Source: a bacterium
GTDB lineage: Bacteria > UBA10199 > 2-02-FULL-44-16 > DYJF01
DNA: 27,996 nt
Direction of reading: 5' to 3'
Assembly: GCA_041739675.1 (NCBI GenBank)
Contig: JBGSNL010000036.1
Coordinates: 1-27,996 of the forward strand
Shown here: positions 17,431 through 26,776 of the stretch, one piece after another
Layout of the letters: each line of letters starts with the position of its first letter
Position numbering within the stretch: the first letter of the stretch is position 1
Translations under genes and position numbers: made by a program
The notes under the pieces: generated by a model
What the model was told of the DNA's origin: nothing
The model's input: only the letters and a program-made list of their open reading frames with translations
The model's database searches: none

Positions 17431-17523
17431 TGTCATTCTGAACGAAGTGAAGAATCCCGGTATCATTGGGATCCTTCGCTTCGCTCAGGATGACATGAAA
17501 TGTCATCCTGACATTTCATGTCA
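17431..17523. repeat. REP-like palindromic element with overlapping extra inverted repeats
   Basis: tgtcattctgaacgaagtgaagaatccc...gggatccttcgcttcgctcaggatgaca (17431-17495); tgacatgaaatgtca-tcc-tgacatttcatgtca (17491-17523). Confidence 0.88.
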
Positions 17524-18532
17524 CTTCCGTGTCCCTCAAAAACTGCGCCGATATTTCGGGTGCGGTCGGGTTGATGTAGAATCCGCTTCCGCGCTCGAAG
17601 CCCGCGAGCCTCGTGATGCGCGGAGTGATCTCTATGTGCCAGTGATAGTACGTGAGATCGGGCATCACGACGGGCGAGGAGTGCAGCATGAAATTGTACG
17701 GCGGATTTCCGAGCGCCTTGTCCAGTTTTTTGAGCGTCTTCTGGAAGACGGACGCGAGATTTTGTATCTCGTGCTTTGTCGCATCTTCGAAGTGGGCGTC
17801 GTGTCTCTTGGGAAGGATCCACATTTCGAAGGGGAAGCGCGGCGCGAACGGGCATATCGCGATGAAGTCCTCGTTTTCAAGGACGATGCGTTTCTGGTCC
17901 TCGATCTCCTGCGCGACTATGTCGCAGTAAAGACAGCGCTCCTTGTAATCGTAATATTCCTTCGAACCGGCAAGCTCTTCTATCACCGCCTTCGGGATGA
18001 TGGGCAGCGCGATGAGCTGCGAGTGGGAATGCTCGAGTGATGCGCCCGCTCTGAAGCCGTGGTTCTTGAATATCAGGATGTAGCGGAAGCGTTTGTCCTT
18101 TTTCAGATCCATCGTGCGGTCGCGGTACGACCACAAAACGTCCTGGAACTGGGCCTCGGAAAGGTTGGCCAGGACTGCGTTGTGGTCCGGTGTTTCGATT
18201 ATGACCTCGTGCGCGCCGACGCCGTTCATCGTGTCGTAGACGCCGTCCCCCCTGCGGTTTATGTTTCCCTCGATCATCAGCGCCGGGAACTTGTTGGGGA
18301 CGACGCGGAGCGTCCAGCCCGCGGTGTTGGGCGCGCCTCCGCCCGGACGATATGCCAAAACCTCCGGCGGCGTGACGTGCTCGTTGCCGTAATCGAACGG
18401 GCAGAACTTCGGTTTCGCGTCAGGGGCCTTCGGCGGCTCTTCTTCTCTTTTCAGATCGGTAGGGCGCTGCGAGCGTTCCGTTGAAATGATCACCCAACGG
18501 CCTACGATCGGGTCCTTCCTCAGCTCGGGCAT
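17516..18532 (-). CDS. galT: Galactose-1-phosphate uridylyltransferase family protein
   Basis: MPELRKDPIVGRWVII, RVVPNKFPAL, GAHEVIIE, FKNHG..AGASLEHSHSQ (HxHxQ). Confidence 0.92.
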   Translation of the reverse strand: MPELRKDPIVGRWVIISTERSQRPTDLKREEEPPKAPDAKPKFCPFDYGNEHVTPPEVLAYRPGGGAPNTAGWTLRVVPNKFPALMIEGNINRRGDGVYDTMNGVGAHEVIIETPDHNAVLANLSEAQFQDVLWSYRDRTMDLKKDKRFRYILIFKNHGFRAGASLEHSHSQLIALPIIPKAVIEELAGSKEYYDYKERCLYCDIVAQEIEDQKRIVLENEDFIAICPFAPRFPFEMWILPKRHDAHFEDATKHEIQNLASVFQKTLKKLDKALGNPPYNFMLHSSPVVMPDLTYYHWHIEITPRITRLAGFERGSGFYINPTAPEISAQFLRDTEVT

Positions 18533-18561
18533 AAAATGTTCCTCCTTAGGGAAGCGCTTGA

Positions 18562-20685
18562 TTACAATGATTCGAGCGAAATGCAAACTGAAAAGTTTGC
18601 CTTGTTATCCTTGTCCCAGACGGGTTTCCAGCTGATCCAGATATTGGAACCCTGGTAAAGCTTGTCAAATCCCTTTTCGGACTGGGATATCGTTTCGATA
18701 GGGAAAAACATCCATCTGGCGGCTGGTTCCGTCTTGATGTGCACGCGGAACCCGAACGCCTCGTCCACTAGACTCAGCTCTTCCGAGACGGGGATGGTTT
18801 CTTTCGCGTCCATCAGGACTTTTCCGCGCGCGGTCTCGCCCCATTTGTAGTATCTCCCTTGATCGTGGCCGGCGAGCAGCGTCATGTTGAGCTCCGTCGC
18901 AAAAAGAATCTCGGGAAAATCGGAAGAGGAGCGGTGCAACGTGAAGCGGGCCTCGATCGTTTTTTCATCGTCCACGCGGTATTCTTTTTTCAACCTGAAT
19001 ATCTTCGACTGCGCCAGCGCCGCTTCGCATTCAAGGCTCACATGCGCCTGATGTTCTTTGTGCTGATGCGAGATCATCTTATAGTCTCTGTAGCCGAAAT
19101 CTACGAGCTCCTCGTGGCGGCCCCATGTCAGATCCTGCCAGTTCACCGACTCCGGAAGAATATGATCTATGAAAGAATGGCGTGGATGTTTGTCGTAGAT
19201 GAGATATTGCCCCATGCCGCGTATGTCTTTTCCGATCTCATGGATGGAGGGGATGTCGTTCTGTGCCCCGCCGTGGGAGCTTTCCTCCGCCGGACGGTGG
19301 TAGGCCTCGAATCTTCTGGCCAGCGTGTTCTGCAGATTGAACGCGGCGGGGCGATATGACAGCTCGACCATGGAGCCGCCCCTCTTTGGCGAGATTATCG
19401 CTTCGATCTTGGGCGTCCTGAAGAGAGCCTCCTTGCCCATGCAGTGGTCGACGTCCTCGATGCAAAGATCGATATAAGGTTTCGAACCGTGGATCTTTTC
19501 GTCGACCATCATCTCTGACTTGAGAAGGTTTTCATACAGCGCATGTCTCAAGTGGCTCAAGTAGAGACCGCCGAAGAGGCCGTGCCAGTAGGCGCAGTTG
19601 CACTGGCCGCGATAGAGCGCGGCGCGCGCTTCGGGGAGCTCTCCCAGCTTTTTTTCCGCATCGTCGATGCGGTCGGATACGTAGAGCATCTTTTTGTGTA
19701 TGAGGTTGCTCTCCGGATATTTTGAGAGGAAATTGTCGAAAAACCCGCCGCGAAGGAAAGTGGATGCGAGCTCCCACACGCCGGAACTCTTGAGGATCCT
19801 TTTCACGTTTTCGTATCTGAAGATCGCGTCTGCCGGCATGGCCCACTCGAGCATCTCCTGATATGACGCGGTAGGGAGATAGATCGTCTTCATGGGGCAT
19901 TTTCGCGACATGAACTCGGAAAAAGTGGTCGTAACTATTTTGTCGCGGTTCTTCGTGAGCTCCGCGAACAATTTTTCGAGCCAGCCTTTCTGTATCACCC
20001 ATTCATATGTGCCGGGCCAGACGCCGAATTTTTCGCCGTCGTCGCCGTATGTGATGCCGACGCCGGGAGCCGCCTGTCCGAGAGAGATGAGATGCGATAT
20101 CACATCCTCCACAGGCTTGAACGGAATCATGTAGCGCAGCCTTTGGTCGGAGGGGAATATCGCAAGCGTTTTGCCCGCGCGCTCGGTGAGATAATAGTTG
20201 AGAAGAGTTGGTTCGGTGAGCCCCGCATGCCTGAAGTGCTCGTCGTCTAATATCGTGTACTCCATGCCGGCGTCAGGCAGAAGCCCCGCAAGCGAAGGTT
20301 CCCACACTCGCTCGGCCAGCCACATCCCCTTGGGCGTGACCCCCGTGTGGGACTTCCAGAACTCCTGCATCATTTTGATCTGGCCCAAGGCATCGGCCGG
20401 TTTGAGTATTGGGAGAATGGGCTCGTAGAAACCGCCGCCCATAATTTCTATCTGGCCGCGTTTCACAAGGCGAACGAGAGTTGGGATGTAATTGGGCTCT
20501 TTTTTCACGGCCCAATCGAGAAGGGGGCCCGAGTGGTGAAGTGATATTTTTATATCAGGGTGTCCATCAAGAAGATTCAGTATCGGCCAGTAGCAGTTCT
20601 TGAACGCCATGGCGAACACGTGATCAAAATTTCCCACAGGCTGGTGGTGATGGATGCCCAGAAGAAGATAAAGTGGCTCCGGCAT
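18562..20685 (-). CDS. GH57 4-alpha-glucanotransferase / alpha-amylase
   Basis: HHHQPVGNFD, GMWLAERVWEP, DDGEKFGVWP, QCNCAYWHGLFGGLY, C-terminal ETISQSEKGF. Confidence 0.92.
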   Translation of the reverse strand: MPEPLYLLLGIHHHQPVGNFDHVFAMAFKNCYWPILNLLDGHPDIKISLHHSGPLLDWAVKKEPNYIPTLVRLVKRGQIEIMGGGFYEPILPILKPADALGQIKMMQEFWKSHTGVTPKGMWLAERVWEPSLAGLLPDAGMEYTILDDEHFRHAGLTEPTLLNYYLTERAGKTLAIFPSDQRLRYMIPFKPVEDVISHLISLGQAAPGVGITYGDDGEKFGVWPGTYEWVIQKGWLEKLFAELTKNRDKIVTTTFSEFMSRKCPMKTIYLPTASYQEMLEWAMPADAIFRYENVKRILKSSGVWELASTFLRGGFFDNFLSKYPESNLIHKKMLYVSDRIDDAEKKLGELPEARAALYRGQCNCAYWHGLFGGLYLSHLRHALYENLLKSEMMVDEKIHGSKPYIDLCIEDVDHCMGKEALFRTPKIEAIISPKRGGSMVELSYRPAAFNLQNTLARRFEAYHRPAEESSHGGAQNDIPSIHEIGKDIRGMGQYLIYDKHPRHSFIDHILPESVNWQDLTWGRHEELVDFGYRDYKMISHQHKEHQAHVSLECEAALAQSKIFRLKKEYRVDDEKTIEARFTLHRSSSDFPEILFATELNMTLLAGHDQGRYYKWGETARGKVLMDAKETIPVSEELSLVDEAFGFRVHIKTEPAARWMFFPIETISQSEKGFDKLYQGSNIWISWKPVWDKDNKANFSVCISLESL

Positions 20686-20713
20686 TTCGTCCCCCGATTT
20701 CGTCGAACGTTTG

Positions 20714-22879
20714 TTACACCGTCCACATCTTGAGCTCGTAGGTTTCGTCAGGGACCTCGAAGTGGATGTGCGAGTATCTCCGCACTTCGATTCCCTGCCT
20801 GACAATTGCGATCACGAGCGTCAAGTGTTCCCCTTTTTTGTATCCCAGCTCGGCGAACGGACAGCTCATTTCATAAACCTTCCCGATTGCGAATTTTATT
20901 GGATAGTCGCCGCCCCTGAAGCCCTCTTCGGGTTCGTTCACGGCAGCAAGCCTGTAGTTGCCGTCCTCCTTATGAAGGCGGAGCTTGTACTGGGTTTTTT
21001 CATTGTGCACGTAGAACATGAGTTCGTCGCCCTCGCCCAGGACAAATCCCTTCTCGTCGTCTATCGGATCGATTCTCAAGAAGAAGGCCTCCGGGTTGAA
21101 GCCGAAATAGATCGTCTCAAAAAGCTCCTCCGACTGCGCCATCGTGCCGCCGAATCTGCGGACGTTGATGCGCGTGGCGTTTATCCACTCGAAAAACGAG
21201 GAGGGCATGCCGTCGATGACGGGATCGATGAACGCCGGCGGATTGATAATGGCGGCCTCGCGCTCTTCGTAGCGGTAGATCGGGTTGAAAAGATAAAGGG
21301 GCAGGTCGCGCTTCAAAAACGTGAACGTATTTTTCAGATGCGTCCTGAATATGCGGTCGAAGTCACCTTTGAATGCGCTGTCGAAGTCGTCATCGAACCA
21401 CCAGAACCAGTCGCTGCCGCAGGCGGCGGAAAACGAATCGACCGCCTTCATGTGTGTTGGATCTTTCGTGTCCCCCGTCCTCGGCGAGATATGGCTGCCA
21501 AGCTCGTCGATGGTCCGTTTGAGGTACGTCCAGCCCTGATTTTTCTGGGCCTTGCCTATCCAGATTGCGAAGTTGGCGCTTATCCACGAACCGGTGTGGA
21601 GCTTGGTTATCGTCGTATCGGGTTTGTTCGCCGCGATGAATTTCCCGATGGATGTCGTCTTGATCTTTTCTTCCCTGATTTTCTGGAACAGATGCGTGAG
21701 AAACGGCCTGCCGCCTTCGGGGTAGTTTTCCCACGGATTTTCGCCGTCCAATATCACCGTTACAATGTTTTCCTTGTTCGTGGGGCAGGCGCTCGCGATC
21801 GATTTTATCCGCCTTATGAAATCGTTGGCAGCGTCCTCCTGCTTCATCCGGTAATATGAAAAACTGATCAGGTCGGAAAGTTCCCTGTCTCGGAAAACCA
21901 TTGCCACGCGTGCGTCGCCATGCTCGGCGAGATACGGTTTGTAGATGAGCTCGGCGCGGCTGCCCTTGACGCCCGACGACATGAGAACACCCTCGTCGGT
22001 TGCGATCCATGAGATCTCGGCTTCGGAGAGAAATGGTATCATCTCGGGGCAGACCGAACCTTCCGCGGGCCACATCCCGTGAGGGCGCTGGCCCGTAAAC
22101 TCCTGCATATATTGAACGGCCTTTGAAACCTGATAGCGCGCATGCGCGGAAGCGGTCATGCGCGGAGGCAGCGGCGTTTTTTTCATTGCGCGCCTGGCAT
22201 AGTCGGTATCGATCAAGAGCGGGAGTATGGGGTGGAAAAAGGGAGTGGTCGAAAGTTCTATGTTCTCGCTTGAAGCCACTTTTTTGATCGTGTCCACCAG
22301 CGAGCGCAGTATCTGCATCTGCGTCGTCAAGACGAACTGTTTGTCCTCCTCCGTGAAATGGCCGCGCGCGAGCAGTTCCTGTATCTGCGGCACCTCCTCG
22401 CGTGCCTTGAAACCGAACCACACGAGGTTGTAGAAAACCTGTATATCCAGATAATCCTGCGTCGAGAAGAAACGGATCGCCTCGTCGTAATCGACTTTTG
22501 AGGGATCCATCCCCCGCCTCTCCATCAGATTCCAGTAGTTGGGGCAAGGGCGGATCATATGATCGTAGTTGGCCATGAAAAAATGTCTGAGAAGGAAGGC
22601 CTTCTGCTGGGCGTTCAGCGCCTCCGCGGGAATTCTTGTATGATCGAGAAACGCGTCGCTTTTCCCCTCTTCGGTATATTCGCGGAGCTGCATTATGAGA
22701 GACGGCACGAAGTTGATAGTTGCGCCGACGTCGGGCATAGATTCGTGCAGCCTCACCATGTCGTAGTATGAATGGATTCCGTGAAGACGGGCCCATGGCA
22801 TCGAACTTTCGCCTGTGAGCATGTCGCGGTAGTAGGGTTGGTGCATGTGCCACAGAAAGGCGATGCTTAAGTGTTGCAT
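20714..22879 (-). CDS. GH57 glycoside hydrolase (amylopullulanase-like)
   Basis: FLWHMHQPYY, HPILPLL, GMWPAEGSV, ILDGENPWE, GSDWFWW. Confidence 0.92.
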   Translation of the reverse strand: MQHLSIAFLWHMHQPYYRDMLTGESSMPWARLHGIHSYYDMVRLHESMPDVGATINFVPSLIMQLREYTEEGKSDAFLDHTRIPAEALNAQQKAFLLRHFFMANYDHMIRPCPNYWNLMERRGMDPSKVDYDEAIRFFSTQDYLDIQVFYNLVWFGFKAREEVPQIQELLARGHFTEEDKQFVLTTQMQILRSLVDTIKKVASSENIELSTTPFFHPILPLLIDTDYARRAMKKTPLPPRMTASAHARYQVSKAVQYMQEFTGQRPHGMWPAEGSVCPEMIPFLSEAEISWIATDEGVLMSSGVKGSRAELIYKPYLAEHGDARVAMVFRDRELSDLISFSYYRMKQEDAANDFIRRIKSIASACPTNKENIVTVILDGENPWENYPEGGRPFLTHLFQKIREEKIKTTSIGKFIAANKPDTTITKLHTGSWISANFAIWIGKAQKNQGWTYLKRTIDELGSHISPRTGDTKDPTHMKAVDSFSAACGSDWFWWFDDDFDSAFKGDFDRIFRTHLKNTFTFLKRDLPLYLFNPIYRYEEREAAIINPPAFIDPVIDGMPSSFFEWINATRINVRRFGGTMAQSEELFETIYFGFNPEAFFLRIDPIDDEKGFVLGEGDELMFYVHNEKTQYKLRLHKEDGNYRLAAVNEPEEGFRGGDYPIKFAIGKVYEMSCPFAELGYKKGEHLTLVIAIVRQGIEVRRYSHIHFEVPDETYELKMWTV

Positions 22880-22904
22880 ATGTGCGGATATCCCCCGTTC
22901 AGGT

Positions 22905-24143
22905 TTATTTTTCGGGTTTTATGACTGCCTTCTTCGGTATGACTACAATGCCTTCCGGCGATACGGTGAAACGTTTTTTGTCCTTGGCCGGCTCGTAACC
23001 GATGATCGTGTTGGGCGGTATTTCGACGTCCTTGTCTATGATGGCGCGCCTGATCTTCGAATAGCGGCCGACGTTGACGTTGTCAAACAGGATCGATTCG
23101 TCAACCTGCGAATAGCTGTTTATGCGCACGTTGGGCGAGATGATGGAGCGGTTGATTCTTCCGCCGCTGATGATCACTCCGTCGCAGACGAGCGAATCTG
23201 TTGCCATACCGACGCGGTCGGAGGCCTCGTCGGCGAAGACGAACTTTGCCGGAGGGTTAGTGTCCCGCGCCGTGTGTATGGGCCAGTAGTTGTTGTAGAG
23301 GTTGAACGTCGGCGAAACGGAAACCAGATCCATAGATGCGTGCCAGTACTGGTCTATTGAACCCACGTCGCGCCAATAACTTTTCTCGCGCTCTGTCATC
23401 CCCGAAATTGTGTTGTCCAAAAAGTTGTAGACCATGACCTTCGCCTTGCGGAAAAGCGAGGGTATGATGTTTTTTCCAAAATCGTGCTCGGAATCTTTAT
23501 TTTCCGCATCCTGTTTCACGGCTTCGGAGAGGATGTCCGAGCGGAAGACGTATATGCCCATGGAGCAGAGCGCCTTGCTGGAGTTGCCGGGCATCGGTTT
23601 CGGGTGGGAAGGTTTCTCTTCAAAATCTACCATGCGCCAGTCGTCGCCCGCGGCGATTATGCCGAATGAAGAGGCGGCCTCTACCGGCTGCGGGATAGCG
23701 GCAACGGTGACGTCGGCCCTGTTTGCATGATGGAACGCAAGCATGTGGCGGACGTCCATCCTGTAGATGTGATCGCCGCCGAATATGCACACTGTATCAG
23801 CGTGGCGGTTTTCAATGTGGTGAAGATTTTGATAGACAGCATCGGCGCTTCCCTTGTACCACGAGTTACCGGTGCGCATCTGCGCGGGAACCGCGTCGAT
23901 GAACTGGTCGAGTATCGGCGGGAGATACCAGCCGTGTTTCAAATGGCGCAAAAGAGAGTCGGCCTTGAACTGTGTGAGCACTATGATACGGTGAAGACCG
24001 GAGTTTGCGAGATTGGATAATACGAAGTCGATGATGCGGTAGTGGCCGCCGAAAGGAACGGCAGGTTTCGCCCGTTCGCTTGTCAGCGGTCTCAGCCGCT
24101 CCCCCTGACCTCCGGCTAAGACAATGGAAAGGCAATTTGGCAT
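22905..24143 (-). CDS. glgC: Glucose-1-phosphate adenylyltransferase
   Basis: LAGGQGERLRPLT..RAKPAVPFGG, GSADAVYQN, GDHIYRMD, FEEKP, YWRDVG. Confidence 0.97.
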   Translation of the reverse strand: MPNCLSIVLAGGQGERLRPLTSERAKPAVPFGGHYRIIDFVLSNLANSGLHRIIVLTQFKADSLLRHLKHGWYLPPILDQFIDAVPAQMRTGNSWYKGSADAVYQNLHHIENRHADTVCIFGGDHIYRMDVRHMLAFHHANRADVTVAAIPQPVEAASSFGIIAAGDDWRMVDFEEKPSHPKPMPGNSSKALCSMGIYVFRSDILSEAVKQDAENKDSEHDFGKNIIPSLFRKAKVMVYNFLDNTISGMTEREKSYWRDVGSIDQYWHASMDLVSVSPTFNLYNNYWPIHTARDTNPPAKFVFADEASDRVGMATDSLVCDGVIISGGRINRSIISPNVRINSYSQVDESILFDNVNVGRYSKIRRAIIDKDVEIPPNTIIGYEPAKDKKRFTVSPEGIVVIPKKAVIKPEK

Positions 24144-24223
24144 CGTTTAAACGGCCCCTAAAGGCCCGAAAGACATAGTAAATAAGGGTTGCAAAGGCAA
24201 TAAAAATCGCATCTAAAAAGTAA

Positions 24224-24250
24224 GCAACTTTTAAGGTTATCTCCCGATAA
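24224..24250 (+). promoter_or_regulatory. Putative alternative-sigma promoter, GCAACTTTTA-N11-CGATAA
   Basis: Identical architecture to 231-257. Confidence 0.55.
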
Positions 24251-24271
24251 TGAGTTAGAAAGGGGTATTTT

Positions 24272-25747
24272 ATGGATCCAATCACGGCAGGTGCACTTGT
24301 AGTCACGGGTTTGGTTCTTATATTTGGCGGTGGCGGCTGCGACGAATACAATCCCCCCGATTATGACGGATATAACCCCACTGATGGTGGTGACGTGCAT
24401 GAAGACGGAATCGATGCGGACTTTGGCGAAGTGGAGGGCGGCGATGACGCCGATACGGAAGGCTTGGACGGTGACGGCGACGGCGGCGATGTCCCGGATT
24501 GCTCGACGCCAAGAACAGCCTTGGGCATCAACGACAGTTATGCGAACACGGAATTTGCATATATCCCGTGCGACCATAAAGACATGCAGATCTGGGGCGA
24601 CAGCCTCGTCGGCGCGTGCGGCTATCCGCTGAACAAAGTTTTCGCGTGCCAGATACAGTCCGAGGATACTCCGACATTTCCCAGTTTCATGGTATCCACA
24701 AACTGTGACACCGCATTCAACCTTGAGCCCATCGGCGAATTTCCGGACGGCTCGTCCGGCGAAAATCATCCAAGAGGGCTTTTGAATCTGAACGACGGCA
24801 GGGTCGCACTGCTCTATGATACGGTCGGCGACTACTACCAGACGAGCGTTTCGGTCCGGTTGGAAACTTCATTTGAAAATGCACAGCCGGATTTCGCCCT
24901 GCCTTATGCGATGGAAGTGAATAGCGGCAGCGATGTCGTTACGGTTCTGACGGCCGGTGCGAAAGGTATGGCGTTCCTGCAGTCAAACCTGTTCATCATA
25001 ACGGAGAACTTTGACGACGTGGAGGCAGTGTATCGCCGCGGCACTCTGATCTCCGTGAGGCCTGAAAGCATAACCGACACCGATTTCGACCCGACCGACC
25101 TGGGCGCAATCTTCACGAATGGAAGAAATCCTTCAGCTATCGCCGCAATTGACAATCACACACTTGCCGTTCTGAACGCGCACGGCACCGACAGCGAAAT
25201 TCCCTCAGAGGCGAGCGCTGTTGAGTTGGAGCTTGCATGCAGGGACGATTTGAGGGCGCGCAACTTGTGCGAGCAGCCCTATGCCACGCTAGATATTATA
25301 GATGTGACGGAACCGGCCAATGCGGTCATGGTGCGTACAATTGAGATCGGCGATGTAAAATTGCAGTCTCTACCCAACCTCCCGATCACGGAGGATGGCC
25401 AAACAGCGGTTGTCGGCAGCGTCAATGTTCCGCCGACGATCTACGCCGTTCCGGTTGACGGCACGACGGCTGTCAGATCTGTGACTCTTCCCGCGACCGC
25501 GACGGGCGAAATAGCCTCCATCGCGCTGACCACGGGGACACCTGAACTTGCGCTTGTCAGTCTCACGAGCGGCCAGCTCTTTGAGATCAATTTGTCTACC
25601 ATGGCGGTTGCCGGCGAGGAGACCTATCTGGGCGTCAGGGCCGGGGCCTCCGTATTCAATCCGGACGGCGTTCTGTACTCGGGCGTGAGAGGGCCGTGGT
25701 GCGGGCCGGCAGACGACTCCAGGATCATCGCGGTCGATCCGTACTAG
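24272..25747 (+). CDS. Acidic putative lipoprotein, possible beta-propeller
   Basis: Hydrophobic N-terminus ending GGGGC; Asp/Gly-rich linker; beta-rich segments (NPSAIAAID, LDIIDV, LFEINL). Confidence 0.75.
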   Translation: MDPITAGALVVTGLVLIFGGGGCDEYNPPDYDGYNPTDGGDVHEDGIDADFGEVEGGDDADTEGLDGDGDGGDVPDCSTPRTALGINDSYANTEFAYIPCDHKDMQIWGDSLVGACGYPLNKVFACQIQSEDTPTFPSFMVSTNCDTAFNLEPIGEFPDGSSGENHPRGLLNLNDGRVALLYDTVGDYYQTSVSVRLETSFENAQPDFALPYAMEVNSGSDVVTVLTAGAKGMAFLQSNLFIITENFDDVEAVYRRGTLISVRPESITDTDFDPTDLGAIFTNGRNPSAIAAIDNHTLAVLNAHGTDSEIPSEASAVELELACRDDLRARNLCEQPYATLDIIDVTEPANAVMVRTIEIGDVKLQSLPNLPITEDGQTAVVGSVNVPPTIYAVPVDGTTAVRSVTLPATATGEIASIALTTGTPELALVSLTSGQLFEINLSTMAVAGEETYLGVRAGASVFNPDGVLYSGVRGPWCGPADDSRIIAVDPY

Positions 25748-25790
25748 ATAAGTTGACTTTGCCTTTCAATTCGAGATAGCAAACCTCCGC

Positions 25791-26669
25791 ATGAAAGAGC
25801 TCAGAATAATTGCGCCTGCAAAGGTTAACATAGTCTTGCGCGTTCTGGGGAAGCGCCCCAACGGTTACCACGATCTTTTCATGATCATGGAAAAACTTTC
25901 GCTGGCCGATGAGATCGTTCTGGAAGAGGCGAAATCCGGAATCGAGATCTTCTGCGATGGCTTCTCCGACGCCGGCATGCAATCCGAAAAAAATCTCGCC
26001 TTTCGCGCAGCGCAAGCCTTCAAAGAAGCGACCTCCGAAAAATCGGGCGTGAAAATCCACCTGAAAAAAAGAATTCCTATAGCCGCAGGTCTTGGCGGCG
26101 GATCGAGCGATGCCGCGGCGGTCTTGAGGGGGCTCAATACTCTCTGGCGGAAAAACTGGGACGCGGAAAAGCTTGCAGGGCTGGGTTCCAAGCTGGGCGG
26201 CGACGTGCCTTTTTTCTGCTTTGGCGGACCTGCCATCGCTGAGGGGATAGGAGATGTCATTACCCCCATTCGCAAACTTCCTAACATCTTCTTTTTACTC
26301 ATAAATCCGGGATTTGCCGTGTCCACGCCATGGGTCTATCAGCAGTACGATAAGTTGGCGGAAAAAGAGAAGTCTTTCGAATTGACAGTGAAGGACAAAG
26401 ATGTTAGCAACGCCGGGCTTTTTGAAGAATTCTGCGATGTTACCTCAAGACTTGAGAACGATCTGGAAAAGGTGACTATCGCTTCGTATCCTGAAATCGG
26501 TGAGATCAAGAGCTATCTTGATAACCACGGGGCAAGAGGGTCATTGATGTCCGGAAGCGGCCCCACTGTTTTTGGGATATTTGAAGACGAGAAAACGCGG
26601 AATGATGCGCTTATAAATATACCAAAGAAAAACTGGAAGGCTTTTCCGGCTGAAAATTTCACGCTTTGA
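25791..26669 (+). CDS. ispE: 4-diphosphocytidyl-2-C-methyl-D-erythritol kinase
   Basis: APAKVN, KRIPIAAGLGGGSSDAAA, LGGDVPFF, MSGSGPTVF. Confidence 0.97.
   Translation: MKELRIIAPAKVNIVLRVLGKRPNGYHDLFMIMEKLSLADEIVLEEAKSGIEIFCDGFSDAGMQSEKNLAFRAAQAFKEATSEKSGVKIHLKKRIPIAAGLGGGSSDAAAVLRGLNTLWRKNWDAEKLAGLGSKLGGDVPFFCFGGPAIAEGIGDVITPIRKLPNIFFLLINPGFAVSTPWVYQQYDKLAEKEKSFELTVKDKDVSNAGLFEEFCDVTSRLENDLEKVTIASYPEIGEIKSYLDNHGARGSLMSGSGPTVFGIFEDEKTRNDALINIPKKNWKAFPAENFTL
26382..26410 (+). promoter_or_regulatory. Possible internal sigma70 promoter in ispE for tRNA-Gln/prs
   Basis: TTGACA-17 nt-TAGCAA with a TG extended -10; weak -10 match. Confidence 0.35.
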
Positions 26670-26671
26670 TT

Positions 26672-26742
26672 TGGGGCGTCGACAAGCGGTAAGTCACCAG
26701 CCTTTGGAGCTGGCATCGGAGGTTCGAATCCTCCCGCCCCAG
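26672..26742 (+). tRNA. tRNA-Gln (anticodon TTG), CCA not encoded
   Basis: TGGGGCG/CGCCCCA acceptor stem, CCAGC-CTTTGGA-GCTGG anticodon arm, GGTTCGAATCC T-loop; typical ispE-tRNA-Gln-prs position. Confidence 0.97.
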
Positions 26743-26776
26743 CAAAAATTTTGCGCGGCAAAAAAGGGAGAACGAC

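Noticed and set aside
17420..17506. N-terminal extension of GlgA (MTFHVILSEAKD...)
   Set aside because: This is the translated REP-like palindrome; homology begins at MNIAM (17419)
20711..22853. Long alternative-frame ORFs (382 aa +, 487 aa -) over the GH57 gene
   Set aside because: Shadow ORFs from GC-rich codon bias; biased composition and no motifs
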